From assembly GCA_028023455.1 (NCBI GenBank), contig JAQFVV010000005.1, forward strand, positions 17,422,001 through 17,486,000: DNA of 64,000 nucleotides, given 5' to 3'. The translations under genes and the position numbers were made by a program. Position 1 is the stretch's first letter, and every line of letters starts with the position of its first letter. The notes below the pieces were generated by a model. It did not search any database. It worked only from the letters and a program-made list of their open reading frames with translations, and was not told where the DNA came from. This DNA is from Epiperipatus broadwayi. Lineage: Eukaryota; Animalia; Onychophora. Shown piece by piece: positions 12,486 through 25,992 of the stretch.

Positions 12486-12794
12486 CACATGATCACTATC
12501 TCATACTGGCACACAATTGTTATTAAACAATTCAAAACAAAGCAAAACTCTCCATATAGTAGTGCCATCTTGTGCTAACAAGAGCAATCAATGGATGCCA
12601 GAAGGCTTGTGCATAAAATCCCTATCTGGTGCCTACTCATCCAATATCCCCAGACTAGTTTCTGGCTTGTGGCCTTCATCAGTGAGGAGCCTTGGATAGG
12701 GATTTTATTCACAAGCCTTCTGGCATCCATTGATTGCACTTGTTAGCACAAGATGGCACTACTATATGGAGAGTTTTGCTTTGTTTTGAATTGT
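12486..12794. mobile_element. Fold-back non-coding PLE-type insertion (family B): ~100-bp inverted arms around a hammerhead
   Basis: Arms 12528-12627 / 12695-12796; TSD ttacttatca(g/a)tat at 12472-12485 and 12795-12808; ~42-nt extra tail on one arm. Confidence 0.8.
12648..12687 (-). ncRNA. Type I hammerhead motif, ACUAGU stem III
   Basis: CCUCA-CUGAUGA-A-GGC(CACAA)GCC-A-GAA-ACUAGU-C/UGGGG; core intact, 5-bp stem I, predicted cut between 12653 and 12652. Confidence 0.76.
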
Positions 12795-13114
12795 TTACTT
12801 ATCAATATATGAATTAGTGCACAGCTATGTTTATTTAGAGAATAATATATATAAAAAAGTTAAAACTCTTACTATCCAATGTCCGATCAGCCTAATGAGG
12901 CATGTTAATTCTTTCAGTATTCATAAGCACTTACAAAGAGATCCTGATCAGGGATTTTCTCATGTCGGACTATTATGTTGTTAATTTTTTTACTTATGAC
13001 ATTATTTTTTTTACTTAGGAATTGTTGCTGTTTATGTTTTTAGAAAATGCAATGGCATATGTCAAATCTATTTCTCCTACTACAATTCTGCTACCTTGTG
13101 TAAGCTTAAGTGAT

Positions 13115-13400
13115 CAATAGATACCAGATGATGGTTCTTAATAAATCCCTATCCAGTATTGCCCTATCCATATCTCTATTAGTTTCTAATTTATAAATTT
13201 CATACTGCTTAATAAATTCTTATCCAATACTGCCTTATCCATAACCCTAGACTAGATGAAAGTCATAAGTTAGAAAATAATTTGGGGATAGGAACAAGAC
13301 GGCTCTGGATAGATATTTATTAAACATTATCATCTGGCATCCATTAATTACATAAGTTTATACAAGATGGCAGAACTGGAATATAGGAGAAATAGTTTGG
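13115..13400. repeat. Diverged family B copy (fold-back)
   Basis: Recognisable arm sequence (taaatccctatcc ... ggatagatatttat ... catctggcatccatt ... acaagatggca) and decayed HHR-like centre. Confidence 0.55.
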
Positions 13401-14373
13401 TTATATAAAACTAATGAGAGCAGAGATTTCGTAATGTTGTTGGTAATATATTATATTTTACACTGTATATAAATTTAATTTGAATGTTAAATGAAAGCAT
13501 GCTTTATGACCCTTGACAAATATTATAAGTTAACAAACTTGACTTTAAAAAATGCATATCTATTGATGACTAATGACATACTATGAGAGATATTATATTT
13601 CTTAGAAATTATGCTACTCTATGTAATAATTAGAAGAATTAGTCGTAAAAAAACTGCTTCAATAAAAATTTTTTCATCAATATATAAAAAAAGATATTAT
13701 TTGAATGTACTTTTAACCACTCTTGATTTAACAAATTATAAATTTTTTAAAACAATACAATATCATAATATTCAATGCAAATTGCACAACTTCCATTCCC
13801 TTGCATCAAAAAATTTTTAAAAAATAAGTAAATAATGAGAAACTTCATATAGAAGTCACAAGTTGTTGGCTCTTAGATATATCTCAATTCTGTAATGAAT
13901 TTTTAAGATTCAGAAAAACCTAAACATCTAAGACTCAAGATCATCATTATATAACCAGTAATTTAAACTAATCTTCAAAAAAAATAAATTACATAAATAT
14001 TTACCTAATGATACTCTATCATATTTAATCACATGATATAATTGACCAAAGGTCATTACTATCTACTTTATGGCCAATTTTATTATATGATACAAAAGTG
14101 CAGGTATAATTAACAAATATAAAGAATCTTTGATTAAGAGTTTTAAAATAAAAATTTATTACTTCCATTTTCTTAATTCTTTTTATAAGACCACAATCAC
14201 ACACATATATTTATTTACATAAGCAGTGATAAGTTAATTATCTATCTTTAAGTCACAAGTTTCTGTTAAGGCAATAATTCATAATGATCATGCTCTAATA
14301 CATTTGAACTTTACTGTGGTAGTTGCATATATTGTTTGCCTTCTTCCCATATTAACCATTGTTTTATAATTAC

Positions 14374-14547
14374 CTGTTGGGCTATTGACTTCCGAGATCT
14401 TCCTGCCATCAGCATATATGGCATAGCCAGTAACTGGGGCACCATTGGATATTCCTGTTGTCATAGTAACAGGTAACCATGTAACTAAAAAGCTACCATG
14501 TTGTGGTCCAGCCTCGATTTGAACATCCAATGGTGGATCAGGAAGAC
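14374..14547 (-). CDS. RIMBP2: RIM-BP exon (phase 1-1): FN3-3, GLPDPPLDVQIEAGPQHGSFLVTWLPVTMTTGISNGAPVTGYAIYADGRKISEVNSPT
   Basis: Hallmark FN3-3 sequence (GLPDPP.DVQ.E.GP..G.LLVTW...NGA.VTGY..YADG); ccattattag acceptor, GTAATT donor. Confidence 0.94.
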
Positions 14548-17500
14548 CTAATAATGGAATAAAACATTAATATTGTACCAAATTAATATTATAATTCCAA
14601 TAGTTTTAAATTTTTTCTCAAAAAAATGTAATTCAATATAAATATAACATGTATACTAGAAAAGCTTGTTTAATACTTTAAAATATATCAACATAGAATA
14701 CTGAGTATGTTTTCGACTAACTGGTAATCATACACCTTTATATTGAATTCATATTAATAAATAATAAAAAAAATATTTAATTTTATGTTTCTGTGATTAA
14801 TGGGAAAAAATTAATTTAAATACTAATGTATTTAATTAAAGTATCTCCTTCAATTACTGTAACTATTACTCATCTCAGTAATTCACAGTTATGTAATTTC
14901 TTCTTTTACATATTTGATTAATTCTTCCCACAATATTCTTTGCAATCTTAACTCATAATCTATTTACTTTCAAATATGTTACTGTAATTTCTTTTTTTAA
15001 TATTTACCAATCATATAAAATTATGTACTGTCAAGTATTAATGAATATATAAACAACATTTTTTTAAAAAAAGCATTTGGTTGCTTCTTTTCAATGGTAC
15101 AAAATTAAAGAAATTATACATTTTGATTTACAAGTGTCAAATTTATTCCATCCATAATACTGATTATGATCTATTCTAGATAAATATATTTAATGATTAT
15201 TATTAATTATTTATTAAACTAGAATTTATCCCTAGTCTAGATATAAACTTTAAATCTCAATTAAAGATTAATGTGAGTTTTTTAATTAAATACACACACA
15301 TGGATTAATTCAACTTTCTTTTTCCATGTGTAACTTGGGTGAGTTGTCTTTTAAGTTATTTTTATTCATATTGTAATGTCCACTACTTATTTAGTGTTTT
15401 AAACGAGTTAACTACTCGTACTCGGTGACCAAATTACGTCCTATCTATTAAATTTGTTTCGTCATACAATTCAGTAAGATTTAATGGACGCAATTATTTT
15501 TCCTGGTCACACAACACTCTTTTAACGAATGTAGCTACTAAAATAATGGGATAAAGTAGGCCAGCTTTTAATTTATTTGAAAGGCACCAGAATTCTATAT
15601 TAGAATCCACTGGCAAACATCCCTTTTTTATTTATTTAGCTACGACGAAATTATATAGAAACTCTGGAAAATTGAGTTTCGATACAGCGTTGGCAAGGTA
15701 AATTATATTTTCAAAATCATAATTAACTTTAATAAATTTATTAATAATCATTAATAACGCACAATGAATAGGGGTATTAGAAATCAAGATTTTTATTTTA
15801 ACAAATTAAAATATAAATAATAATAAAAAAAAAAAAACATTATGATTTAATTAATTGGAAAGATGACACACACACACTAATCTAGATATGAATTAATTAA
15901 TAATAAAAAAACAGTTCAATGATTATAGTTCTTAGGTACACAAGAATCTCTTGAAGAATAAATTTTGAAGTCTTGATCGGGATTATTTTGATATCAATTT
16001 TTATAATTGTTTGCAAACTTTGTCACAATTAGGAAAAGTTACTCTTAACTTACCGGTAAATTGGTGTGTGTTTTTGGGATTCCGAGCTCCTAAAAATTTC
16101 CATCGGTCTCTCCTGCCGGCATCTTCCATTATTGTTCCGTTCTATAACTGGAGAAAAGGCATGGTTGTCGTGACCCTTTTATCGCGAAAAGCGGTCTTCA
16201 CAAGGCCCGTCTCCATTGCTTGCTTGACTAGGTACTGAAAGTGGCATACCTGTGCAGACGTCTATTACTGCCACAGGTATGCTTGCGGAAACCTCCAGCT
16301 TTCAGACACATAACTAGAAGGTATAGAGCAGACCTAGATCGAGGTTGTCCTCCTCCTTTTATACCCCGATCTAGTTTTGAAACTTCTGCGCATATCTTTT
16401 GTTCGTTCTTTTATCAGCATATAAGATAATAATCTTCTACACTTTCTCTTAAATTTAAGTTACAAAGTTATTATTTTTTTTAGCATAATTCTGCCATCTT
16501 TAATTATTAAAAAGATTTTTCTAATTGTAATCTTTTTACTTTTGGAATTTTTACTTTATCTGGATCAGTAATCTGTATGTCATTTATTCTTTCCAATTTA
16601 ACTTTTATTTTTAATTACATAAAAAAAATACGAACGACAATTTTAACTTTCATTGTACGTTATTTTTTTTTAAAAAATAAATTATACTAATCAGAAAAAA
16701 TCTAAAAATGTTTTTCTTTTAAAAGATCGCTAAATTTACTTTTTTTTAAGCTTTTAAATATCTTACCGGATGCTAATATATTTGTACCGTATAAATAAAT
16801 GGTACAATATATTTCAAGAATGTTGATGAAGTGGAGGTTATTAAGTTTATAAAAATTAAAAAAAAGTTTTTATTCACTTAAATGGATTGATAAATAAATT
16901 TTCTTAAGCTTTCACAGCATGCAGCATACATGTTTAGAAATATTCTTAGACTATTTTTGATGTGAGCATGATATAGTTCAGATTTGGTCACATAGTATCA
17001 AGATCACTGGGAAAGATGAAGAAAATTAATTTTTACTATGTATTTATATGAATAAAACCTTTTAAAAAAAAATATACATATATATTTATTTTCTACTTTT
17101 AAGTTTCATGTAATTCCAGAAATTATTTTAGGTACAATATCACTAAATGGCAGTATTATAAAGAGGATCGAATCCTATATAAATTTAAAAATTAAATTTT
17201 TCAAATTTGTTGCTAAAATTGCTTGGAATTCTAAAAATTGTACTATCATCAGAAGCACATATATTTATAAAGTTTCAACTACATCAGAAATTGGGAAGTG
17301 GGTGAAAATTGAGTAGCAAAGTTTTATCTTATAATCATGAGTAAAAGAGGTCTCACTGTCAACCAAATGATTAAATCAACTTTTACTTAGCTGAAAAGCT
17401 TTAATTCTAACTATATCGGTAAGATTTGTTTTATATTGTCACTAAAAAAGAGGAAGAGAGATATATACTGTCAAAGGCTTGCTCCTAATAGTACTTGTCT

Positions 17501-20249
17501 ATTTTGTTTTAATACAACTATATACTTTTGTATAAAGCAATTCTAAAAAAATCATTATCTAACTTCTTGTGATTCTTGAGATATTTCATGATAGTGTTGC
17601 TTGAAATATTTCAAAAAGCTCTGTTATCATTATAACTAATTAAATGTCTTCAATCTACTATACTTTAGTGATAATTTTGGTCAATAGATGGAATTAATCT
17701 TTTGTATTACTAAAAAAAATTAGATTTGCATAGTAGTAAAGATAATTGTAGAATGTCATTAGTGAAACTAAAATACAAAAAAAGATAAAAAATATTTTTT
17801 TATTTAAAATGTAACACATATATAATATTTAATTAATAAAAAATAAGTATATTTAAAATTTAGTTTTTTTTATAAGTAATTTGAAATAGGAAGTATAAAT
17901 CCATACTATTATTTTATGCATATATATATTAAATAAAAAGTTGTTTAATAATATTTAACTTTTTTTAATTATCAATAAAATGCTAAGATATTTTTCCAAA
18001 ACATATACAAACAGATTTTTATTATTATTGAAATACCATATATGTTGGGGCAAGAACCCCAAACTTTTTAAAAAGAGAAATAAGAAATCCATATCAAAAA
18101 GTTTAATGTTGAAATCAAAATCTGCATCTCCAGTTTCCATCCAAATCTCCTTTTTTCCAAAAAACATGTAAAAAACAGTTTACTATTGTTAAAAAATGCA
18201 TAATCACATGATTGTCAAAATCATGATGCTGAATAGATTAAATGGGCAATCATTAGTTAAATGCTGCTTATTACAATTAAAAAGAATAATCAGTGGTAAG
18301 ATACTATTCATCATCAAGATGAAATCCATATATCATCACTTTCAACAACTATTAATTCACTGTATAATAAAAATCTCTCTACGATTAACTCAGTTTTTCT
18401 ATCCATAGCTTTTCTTCTTTACATTACTTTCTTGCATAATGTTGCTGCATAGATTTTTTCTAATCCCTTGGGATTCAGTTTATACTTCAACTATCATACA
18501 ACTATTATAATTTTTTCCAGAAATATATTCATCACAGTAATATTTTAGCCTCTTAATTCTTTTAATGACAATTGTTGTTTTTAATTTTAATCCTTTGTGT
18601 TATTCTCAACACAGATCTTTCCATATTGTAGTCTGCAATATCTATATTTCTCTTTTATTAATTAACTGTTCAAGAACTTACATCTATATTTAAGTATTGG
18701 TAAAACCCATTACTAAAACATTTTTTATTAAACACACTCATAAATCTCCTTTAATATTAAGCTACTTATACTAAAAGGAATTAATCAAGATTTAACCATG
18801 TGGTATTAAATATTATCCAAAGTTCTATCACATAGAAATTAGATTTATACTTTTCTATGTGATTCTTGAGATACTTAATGGAGTTAAACACTAGATGATT
18901 TAAATAATGATTAAATGCTCACTTATAAATTTATTTGTGATTTGGACAATGAGACTATTTAAAAAATGAAATATATGCAATAGCTTGAAATATTTGATAA
19001 ATATGTAGGGACCACATGATGGGGGACCATGAACAGCGAAGATGAAAAATGAGCAAGTATTGAGTATGATTGGGGAAATTTTGAAAGTCATTGCTCAAAG
19101 AAAAAAAAACTAGTATGGTTTATCATTTAATAAGCTATTCAGAATAGTTATACATTGTTTCTAGAAGGAATAATGAAGGTAAATGGAAGATCTAGAGATG
19201 GAGAAAAGGCTGAAGGAGTAAATTGCCCATTAACATATGGATTAAGGAGAGAAAGAAAAAACAATAACTTACACAATATAATGAGTGGATAAATGCATAT
19301 ATGCCTTAAAAGTTAGGTAATGTTTCATATCATCATACCAACAAATGTGACTACTATTATTAGAATGAACTATTACTGACTGTGAAGTTTAAGCCCAGAA
19401 TTAATTTTGATTCTTAACCTAGAATTATTTCATTACCTGATCATTATCTAAAATATTATATACTGACTTTATTGTAAAAAAGTAAAGTCTGTGGCAATAA
19501 AAAGAAAAAAATTTAATAAACATTGCTTGGGGCATGTTGAACATAATTGTTCAATTTAATTTGTAGAATGTAAACAACAAATATTGTAAGATGTTTTGTT
19601 AAAACAAATTTCATTGGATATTTTAGATTATGCAAATCATTATAGATTTCCACAAATAATAGGCCAGCTGATTTTTCACTTTCTGGAAATAACTGTCTGC
19701 TTTCATTCTTTTGTTTCAAACTGCCCTTTTCATCATAAGCAAACCTGCTAATCCCTGGTAAGGTACATAGGAAGATTTTAAGGAAGAGAAAAGAGCATTG
19801 TTTCTCTTGGCAACTACTGCCATTGCAAGTTTATTTTTGCTCTCCAGTCTTTCCAACAACAAATTTAATTACAACTTCTATTTAAATAGAATGATAAAAT
19901 TATGAGCTAAAAGATTAGTGGATCAGTCTTCTGCAACTAAAAAAGCAACAATCACCTGAATAAAATTATGTGCTAAACTGATGTCATGTGACTTTTCAAA
20001 AACGGAATCCATTTGATAAATAAATAAAATTTATAGCTTTAAAATGATACCTGCTTCTATATTTTTTTAAACAAATGAAGATAATCTATATTTAAAAACA
20101 TTCTACCTCTAATATTAAAAATTTGTTATATATACAATATGTGCGTGCATGAATACAATTTCAGTTTGAAATCGTAATTTATCAATTTTTATTTGCAATT
20201 TTATCATAAATAACCAATCACAATAGTTTTTATAATTAATAACATTTAC

Positions 20250-20378
20250 CATCAGGAAGTGTTCTGAATTCTAATTGTGAGGAAAGCCTATCCACCTTAC
20301 GTTTCTTTTCATCTTCTGTAAAAACCCGTGCATTTCGGACGGCCACTGTCACTTTGTAAAGAGATGCAGGTATCAAAC
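20250..20378 (-). CDS. RIMBP2: RIM-BP exon (phase 1-1): GLIPASLYKVTVAVRNARVFTEDEKKRKVDRLSSQLEFRTLPD
   Basis: Manual translation completes FN3-2 (GL.P...YKV.V ... EFRTLP); catttttag acceptor, GTAAAT donor; 129 nt. Missed by the ORF track. Confidence 0.92.
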
Positions 20379-20479
20379 CTAAAAATGATAAATTTTAAAT
20401 AATTATATTTTTATGAATACATATGTATATGTATACTTATGTGAATTTAAAATAATTTATAATTTCATTATAACTTTAA

Positions 20480-21600
20480 TATTCTGTTGCAGTTATTTGG
20501 TGAATGCGGCATTGACATTCAATTTTGCATAGTGAATAGCTCCAGAAACTTCTTCGTGCACATTTGGCACTAGATTATTACTTTTATTTAACACTGGGTT
20601 TACTATTATAATGTAATTATCACAGATGCGTATATTACCATCCAGTTTAGTAAAAATTACTATAGATGTAGCTCATTCTAGGTTTTTCCATCGGTGTTAA
20701 TATCCTGTTATTTGTTAATTCTTCTAGTGCATTGGCCAGTTTTACTTGCTGTGTATATGGTACTGTCTGCAGTTTATACAGCCTAAATATTACTTTTTTC
20801 TTCAATTGTATTTCCACTGGTTTTATTCTGATTTCCCCTAATTCTTTTTTTAAATAATAATGGGAATGTATTGCATATTATTTTTTCAATTATGATTTTT
20901 TTATAATTCTTATTTTAATACCCATAGCCTTGAACCAGTTTCTTCTAATTATAGGATTCATTTTACTATTTGTCTAAATTGATACAATAACTTTTTCATC
21001 TATCTCCATTTGCTTCAATTTATATATTTTGCTATGAGATTTGTTTTCTCTAGTTGATTTTGGGTTGGGGGGTGGAAGTCTGTAATATTGATTTTTAATC
21101 TTTGTATAACATTAATGATATTACTGAACTGATGTCAATTTCCACAGAAACAGGTAGGTCAAATATTTTAACTGGCAACATTATTTAATTGCTATCACAA
21201 ACCTGTTGCATTTTTAATCTGTACTTGCTGGTTATTTCCAGTAAATGACTTACTGAATTGAATTTTTTTTTCCTTTTAGTTATTTTTGCAAACCTTCACC
21301 AGGTGGCTTACTTTCACCCAATTTTGACATTTTTTCTTTCCTAGCTATGAATCCCAATTTTCTACAACAGATGCAATTGATTACTTCATTTTTGTCCATT
21401 TCATTTGTTTTAACAGCATTTATTTAATATAAGTCAGTTATTATTCTAATCAGAAAGTTTTGATAGCTTGTGCACTGCTTCATGGGCAAAACCCATTTTG
21501 ATCACTGTGTTCTCGAAGTCCTCCATTAGATCAGATATTGTTGTAACAACGATTCTTCTAAATAATCACTGAAGACACAGCCTTTTACTAATTACTGTTA
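20480..21600 (-). pseudogene. Decayed Gypsy gag-pol remnant
   Basis: KLDGNIRICDNY and SGAIHYAKLNVNAAF resemble Gypsy RT motifs; NCICCRKLGFIAR resembles a decayed CCHC knuckle; many stops. Confidence 0.55.
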
Positions 21601-23755
21601 TGCTAAATCAAATTCATGAATATTTTCATTTCTATTTTTTTTATAGTGATTCTGAAAATGAAAGTGTGCTAACTATTTAGTGGATTTAGGATTAAAATAA
21701 TTATGTAATTGTTCATCTATTTATGAATATTTCAATTCTTTAGTTTTTTTTTTTTTGTTCACATAAATGATTTTGTGTTTGAATTATGTCCTGGATTCCA
21801 AAGTGCAATAGAGTGGCAATTTTTATTTGATCTTCTTCAATTTATTCATCAAAAAATATTTTTCTATCCAACTTATATAGAGAGCTATTCTGATGCTCTA
21901 TGCACATTAAATTCCTCAATATTAATCTGAATCATTATGATTACTTACACAATTCAGATTCATTATGGTGTCACTTAAATAATTTCTAACTTGCCGATAG
22001 TTTTATGAATTTCCAATTACTATTTTTGACATTTTAGAAAATTTTTTGGGTATCTCAATAGTTGATTAGACTGCTAAGTCATATATTTGAACCTGTTGTG
22101 TTGACTAGTCATAAAATACTACAGCAAAATGTATACAATTTATGACCAAATAAACAACCCCACTAGAATAATGATTATAAACCATTTAATTTAAATTGTT
22201 AATGATTAATGTACAATATACAATTTAGATTAGTGTTATTTAATATTATATATTCAATAGATATGATAGATTTACAAGTATAAATTTACATTATTACTTA
22301 AAAAGATTGGCACCCTAAGGCTTATAAAAAATATTAAGGTTAGGATGACCTTCAAATGGTAAGTTACTCTCGAATGATAATCATCTCCATTGAAGGTCTT
22401 TGGTTGCTTTTTTCTTAGTTCTTCGATTACTGTCCAGCTGCTTCAGTGATCGAATTTCCAGGCAGTATAAGTGTATTAGATTTTTGGGTTTTTTAATATT
22501 GTCTGCAACTCTTGTTCTCGGAGATCACTAATTATTATTTTAATTAAAGCTGTACTTAATAATGAATTCTACAATTTGTTGTTTTGATTCTTATCTATAA
22601 TTAGTAATCAATTAATTTAGAAGAATTAGTTTTTATTTTTCCTCTCAGGAATTTTTTATTTATTTGCTGTAAACTTATACCTTACAACTTACATGTTTTA
22701 TAAATGTATATATGCATCACTTTTTACTCCAAAATATATATATTAAAATGGGCCTATGGTTTTACTTCCCTTTTAGATTTATGCAATTCTATATAAGAAA
22801 TGTATGAGGATTTAAACTCTGGGACTAATGGATGTTAGAAATACCACATTGACTATTTTCGGACTGAGTATCCTAACTAATGATAGTCAGACTGGATATC
22901 CAGCCATATTTACTGACTGCCATTCTCATCAAACATGACTAAGTACAGAGAGGATATATCTCTTACCACTATAGATATTATATATTTATTTTTTCAAAAT
23001 ATATCTGCCATACTGCAGACATTTATAGGTTAAGTTCCAATCTCATCCTAGTTTCTTAGATGTTAGTTTTCACTACTGATCACAGGGTGTGTGTAATTAT
23101 GTTGAACTAGGTTTGAAATGAGAGAAAGAAATATATAATTAAACTTAAAATAATATGAATATAATAAAACAAAAATTTATTTATAATATTTACACTTTTA
23201 TGTGATACTTGAGAAAAATAAAATATATGTATATATTTTAGGGAGTATGTATTCATAACAGAAAAAATTTATTTAATTAGATTGAATTCAATTTATAACC
23301 TTCAATATGGTTATATCCAATATAAAACAATCATATAATTATTATTAATTAACTATAGCTTTAATAATGCATATAAAGATTGGCAAAATATAAATTAATT
23401 AATAACAAATATATACAAGTTTTGGTAATTAATAATTAAATAAGAAATTAATTATAAATTTTCTTTTCTTTAGTGTTTGTAAAGAAAAATTACATTAAGA
23501 AGAAAAAAAATTAAATACATATTTAATAGGGAAAATTAAAATGCTACAATTACTTAGAGAATATTAATTTCAATATTTGCTATAAACATTATTATTTTTT
23601 TCTCTTCTAAAGGCCTTTTATTTTCAATAAAAATTGATCTTCCCATAGCATCAGAATTCTGATTTTACAGTGTAATCTACTAAAAATATAGATTTGAACC
23701 CTTTTTGAAACAAGATTACTGATTTATAGAATCATTATCATGAAAGTACAGGGCT

Positions 23756-24004
23756 TCATTTTTTGTACTTTTCTTGATATCTTCTCCAATAATGTTGTGA
23801 CCAGATTATGGATAGGTTGACAAAAGTCATGTGAAAGATGACAGGTACTACTAGTTCTAGATCTGCAATAGTTGGTGCATGTAGTAATGAGACACTTAAA
23901 ATTGGCACTTTCAGGAGGCTACATAATTCCAGGTTTAGTATACAAATAAAGTTTTTTATGCCAACATAATTTATGAGATTTTCAGCTATAACATGCTTTC
24001 CCAT
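23756..24004 (-). pseudogene. Decayed LTR-retrotransposon RT/RNase H junction
   Basis: LINYVGIKNF...SLLHAPTIADLELVVPVIFH resembles Gypsy VNYY..F...L..APVL..D..PF. Confidence 0.4.
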
Positions 24005-25237
24005 ATTAGTTGCATTAATAATTCACAAGTTAGCCCTATTATTCGAATCAGTTTTTTCTGGATAAAGTGATTAAATATTCTTGATTATAATATTGTTATA
24101 GCTTTCCTAAAACAAGAAAGCTTTTTTTCTAAATACATCAATGAAAAAACTGGAGTTTCTCACAATTTTTTTATATAAACGCTATTCAAGATTATATATA
24201 ATAAATCTGGGTACTTATATCTATTATTTAAGATTAATTTGAATAAAAAAAAAAACTAGATTCTATTTCCTTTTTTTTTTAAAAAAAAAAATACTTTGCT
24301 AATATAAATAAAAATGATTAAATAGCTTGAAATTTTAGGGAAAAATAATTAATTCTGACCTAGGTACTTTGTCCATAAATTGAGCTCTTAAAATCATTAT
24401 TTCTTTCCTTCTCTTTTATATACCTATTTTCATGTATAGGTGAAAACCTTGTAAACTCCGAGTAGCTTTATTTCAAATGGAATGCAGTATAAACCAGTAC
24501 AACATGTAACCAACAATAATATCATGACTTTCTAATTGGCTTATTCATAACTTGCAAAAGAATTAATTGCACTACTTTAAAACACTATAGTGTTATAAAA
24601 TCCCAATCTTCAGATTGGTTTCTGACTATTATCTTTGTCAGTAAAGACTAGGACTCAAAACTGGAACTACTTGTGATATTAGATTATGTGTAGTCAGGAT
24701 TTATGACTGACTAGATTAGCAAGTTTTGCTAACATATAAAATACATGCTTTAATTTATTACTTGCGAAGCATGAGTAAAAATATACATATATATATAGGC
24801 ATAATGTACCAATGCTTTATTATATAAAAAAATAATAAAGTAGCATGTAACTAGATTTTATATATATATATTGAAGTAGAGAAAGTCTCTATTGTTAAAG
24901 TAAGTGAAAATAAACACTGGAAGAATGTTGCTATAAACGTATATGTAAACCAACACTTAATTGGTGTTTAATGTTTTGTATATCACAAATATGAATAAAA
25001 CAATAACACAGACTACAGTAAGTTAACCATGGTAATGATCTAAGGTCAAGTATTTTGCTGAGTAACCCAGTGTAAGAATGAAATAATATCGTGTTACATA
25101 ACTTCTTTGAATCGATTATTGTGATACTATATAGACAACAATAGAACATACGGCAATGAAAGAGGAAATGAAGAATTTCATGTACTAAGCAATAGAACCC
25201 ACGCTGAGTATAAAAACAAATGCGATTCTAACCCTTT

Positions 25238-25992
25238 TGTTGTATTTTTGTAAAAATTGCATACAAGTTTGTGCACTCCAGAAAAACTAGAATTTATTTG
25301 AGAGATTGTTTTTAGATTGCGTACTGATAACTGAGAAATAATGGCGATCAACAATTTCAAGAAATATTTGCTGATTGCAAACATTTCTAGATAAGAGATC
25401 TTACCTTATTGGAGAATGTAATTAATTGTTGCAGTTATCAGAAAGCTATAAAAAAAATATGTAACAAGTACGTAAGACCATTATTCGAGTGCATCTCCAG
25501 TTGACTTTCCTGTTCAATTCCAGTAGGAGAGATCTAGCATCAGTGCTTCAGTTAATGTCCAGCACTCAGTAGAAATGTAGTTCATGGGCATAGCTGAATA
25601 GGCCCACAGAGATTGGGAGACCGTAGCCTGAGGAAACTGTCGGTAATAGCAGCTAAATGAAGAGTTGAGTTTCCAGCGGTTTTCAAGTGGAGTTACTGGT
25701 GGACTGTTGCAGAGACGGAAGCTATAAGGAGTTTATAGTCGATTGCAGTGCTACACTACAATGTGTTCATGTATAGCTAAACTAGACCGGGGCCAAGATG
25801 TGCGTAAACCTAGCCCATTGTGAACCATTTTGTAGCAGCCAGCCTGAATGTACATCAAAGAAATTGAACATTAGCGAACTGTAGAGATAGTGTTGTTACA
25901 AACTATTCATTATTCTGATTACTTCAAAATATTGTGTCTTTTATTGTATATATTCATTTGCTGGCCGCCCAGTCATATTTGCGGACACAGCA
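25238..25992 (+). mobile_element. Solo LTR, copy 1 (755 bp)
   Basis: TGTTGTA...CA termini, 5-bp TSD ccttt, colinear with copies 2 and 3; orientation is relative only. Confidence 0.85.

Noticed and set aside
17200-18700. LINE-like decayed coding traces (also ~50400-50700 and ~54700-55700)
   Set aside because: Only isolated words (e.g. DVEKAF); too decayed to assign family or bounds.
22845-22890. Minus-strand GGAT-ACTCA-GTCC-GAAA-ATAGTC hammerhead-like half
   Set aside because: Stem II and GAAA are present but no CUGANGA equivalent; cannot be separated from chance.
25625-25645. CTGAGGAAAC in the solo LTRs as a hammerhead core
   Set aside because: No stem II between CUGAGGA and GAAA and no stems I/III; same in all three copies.
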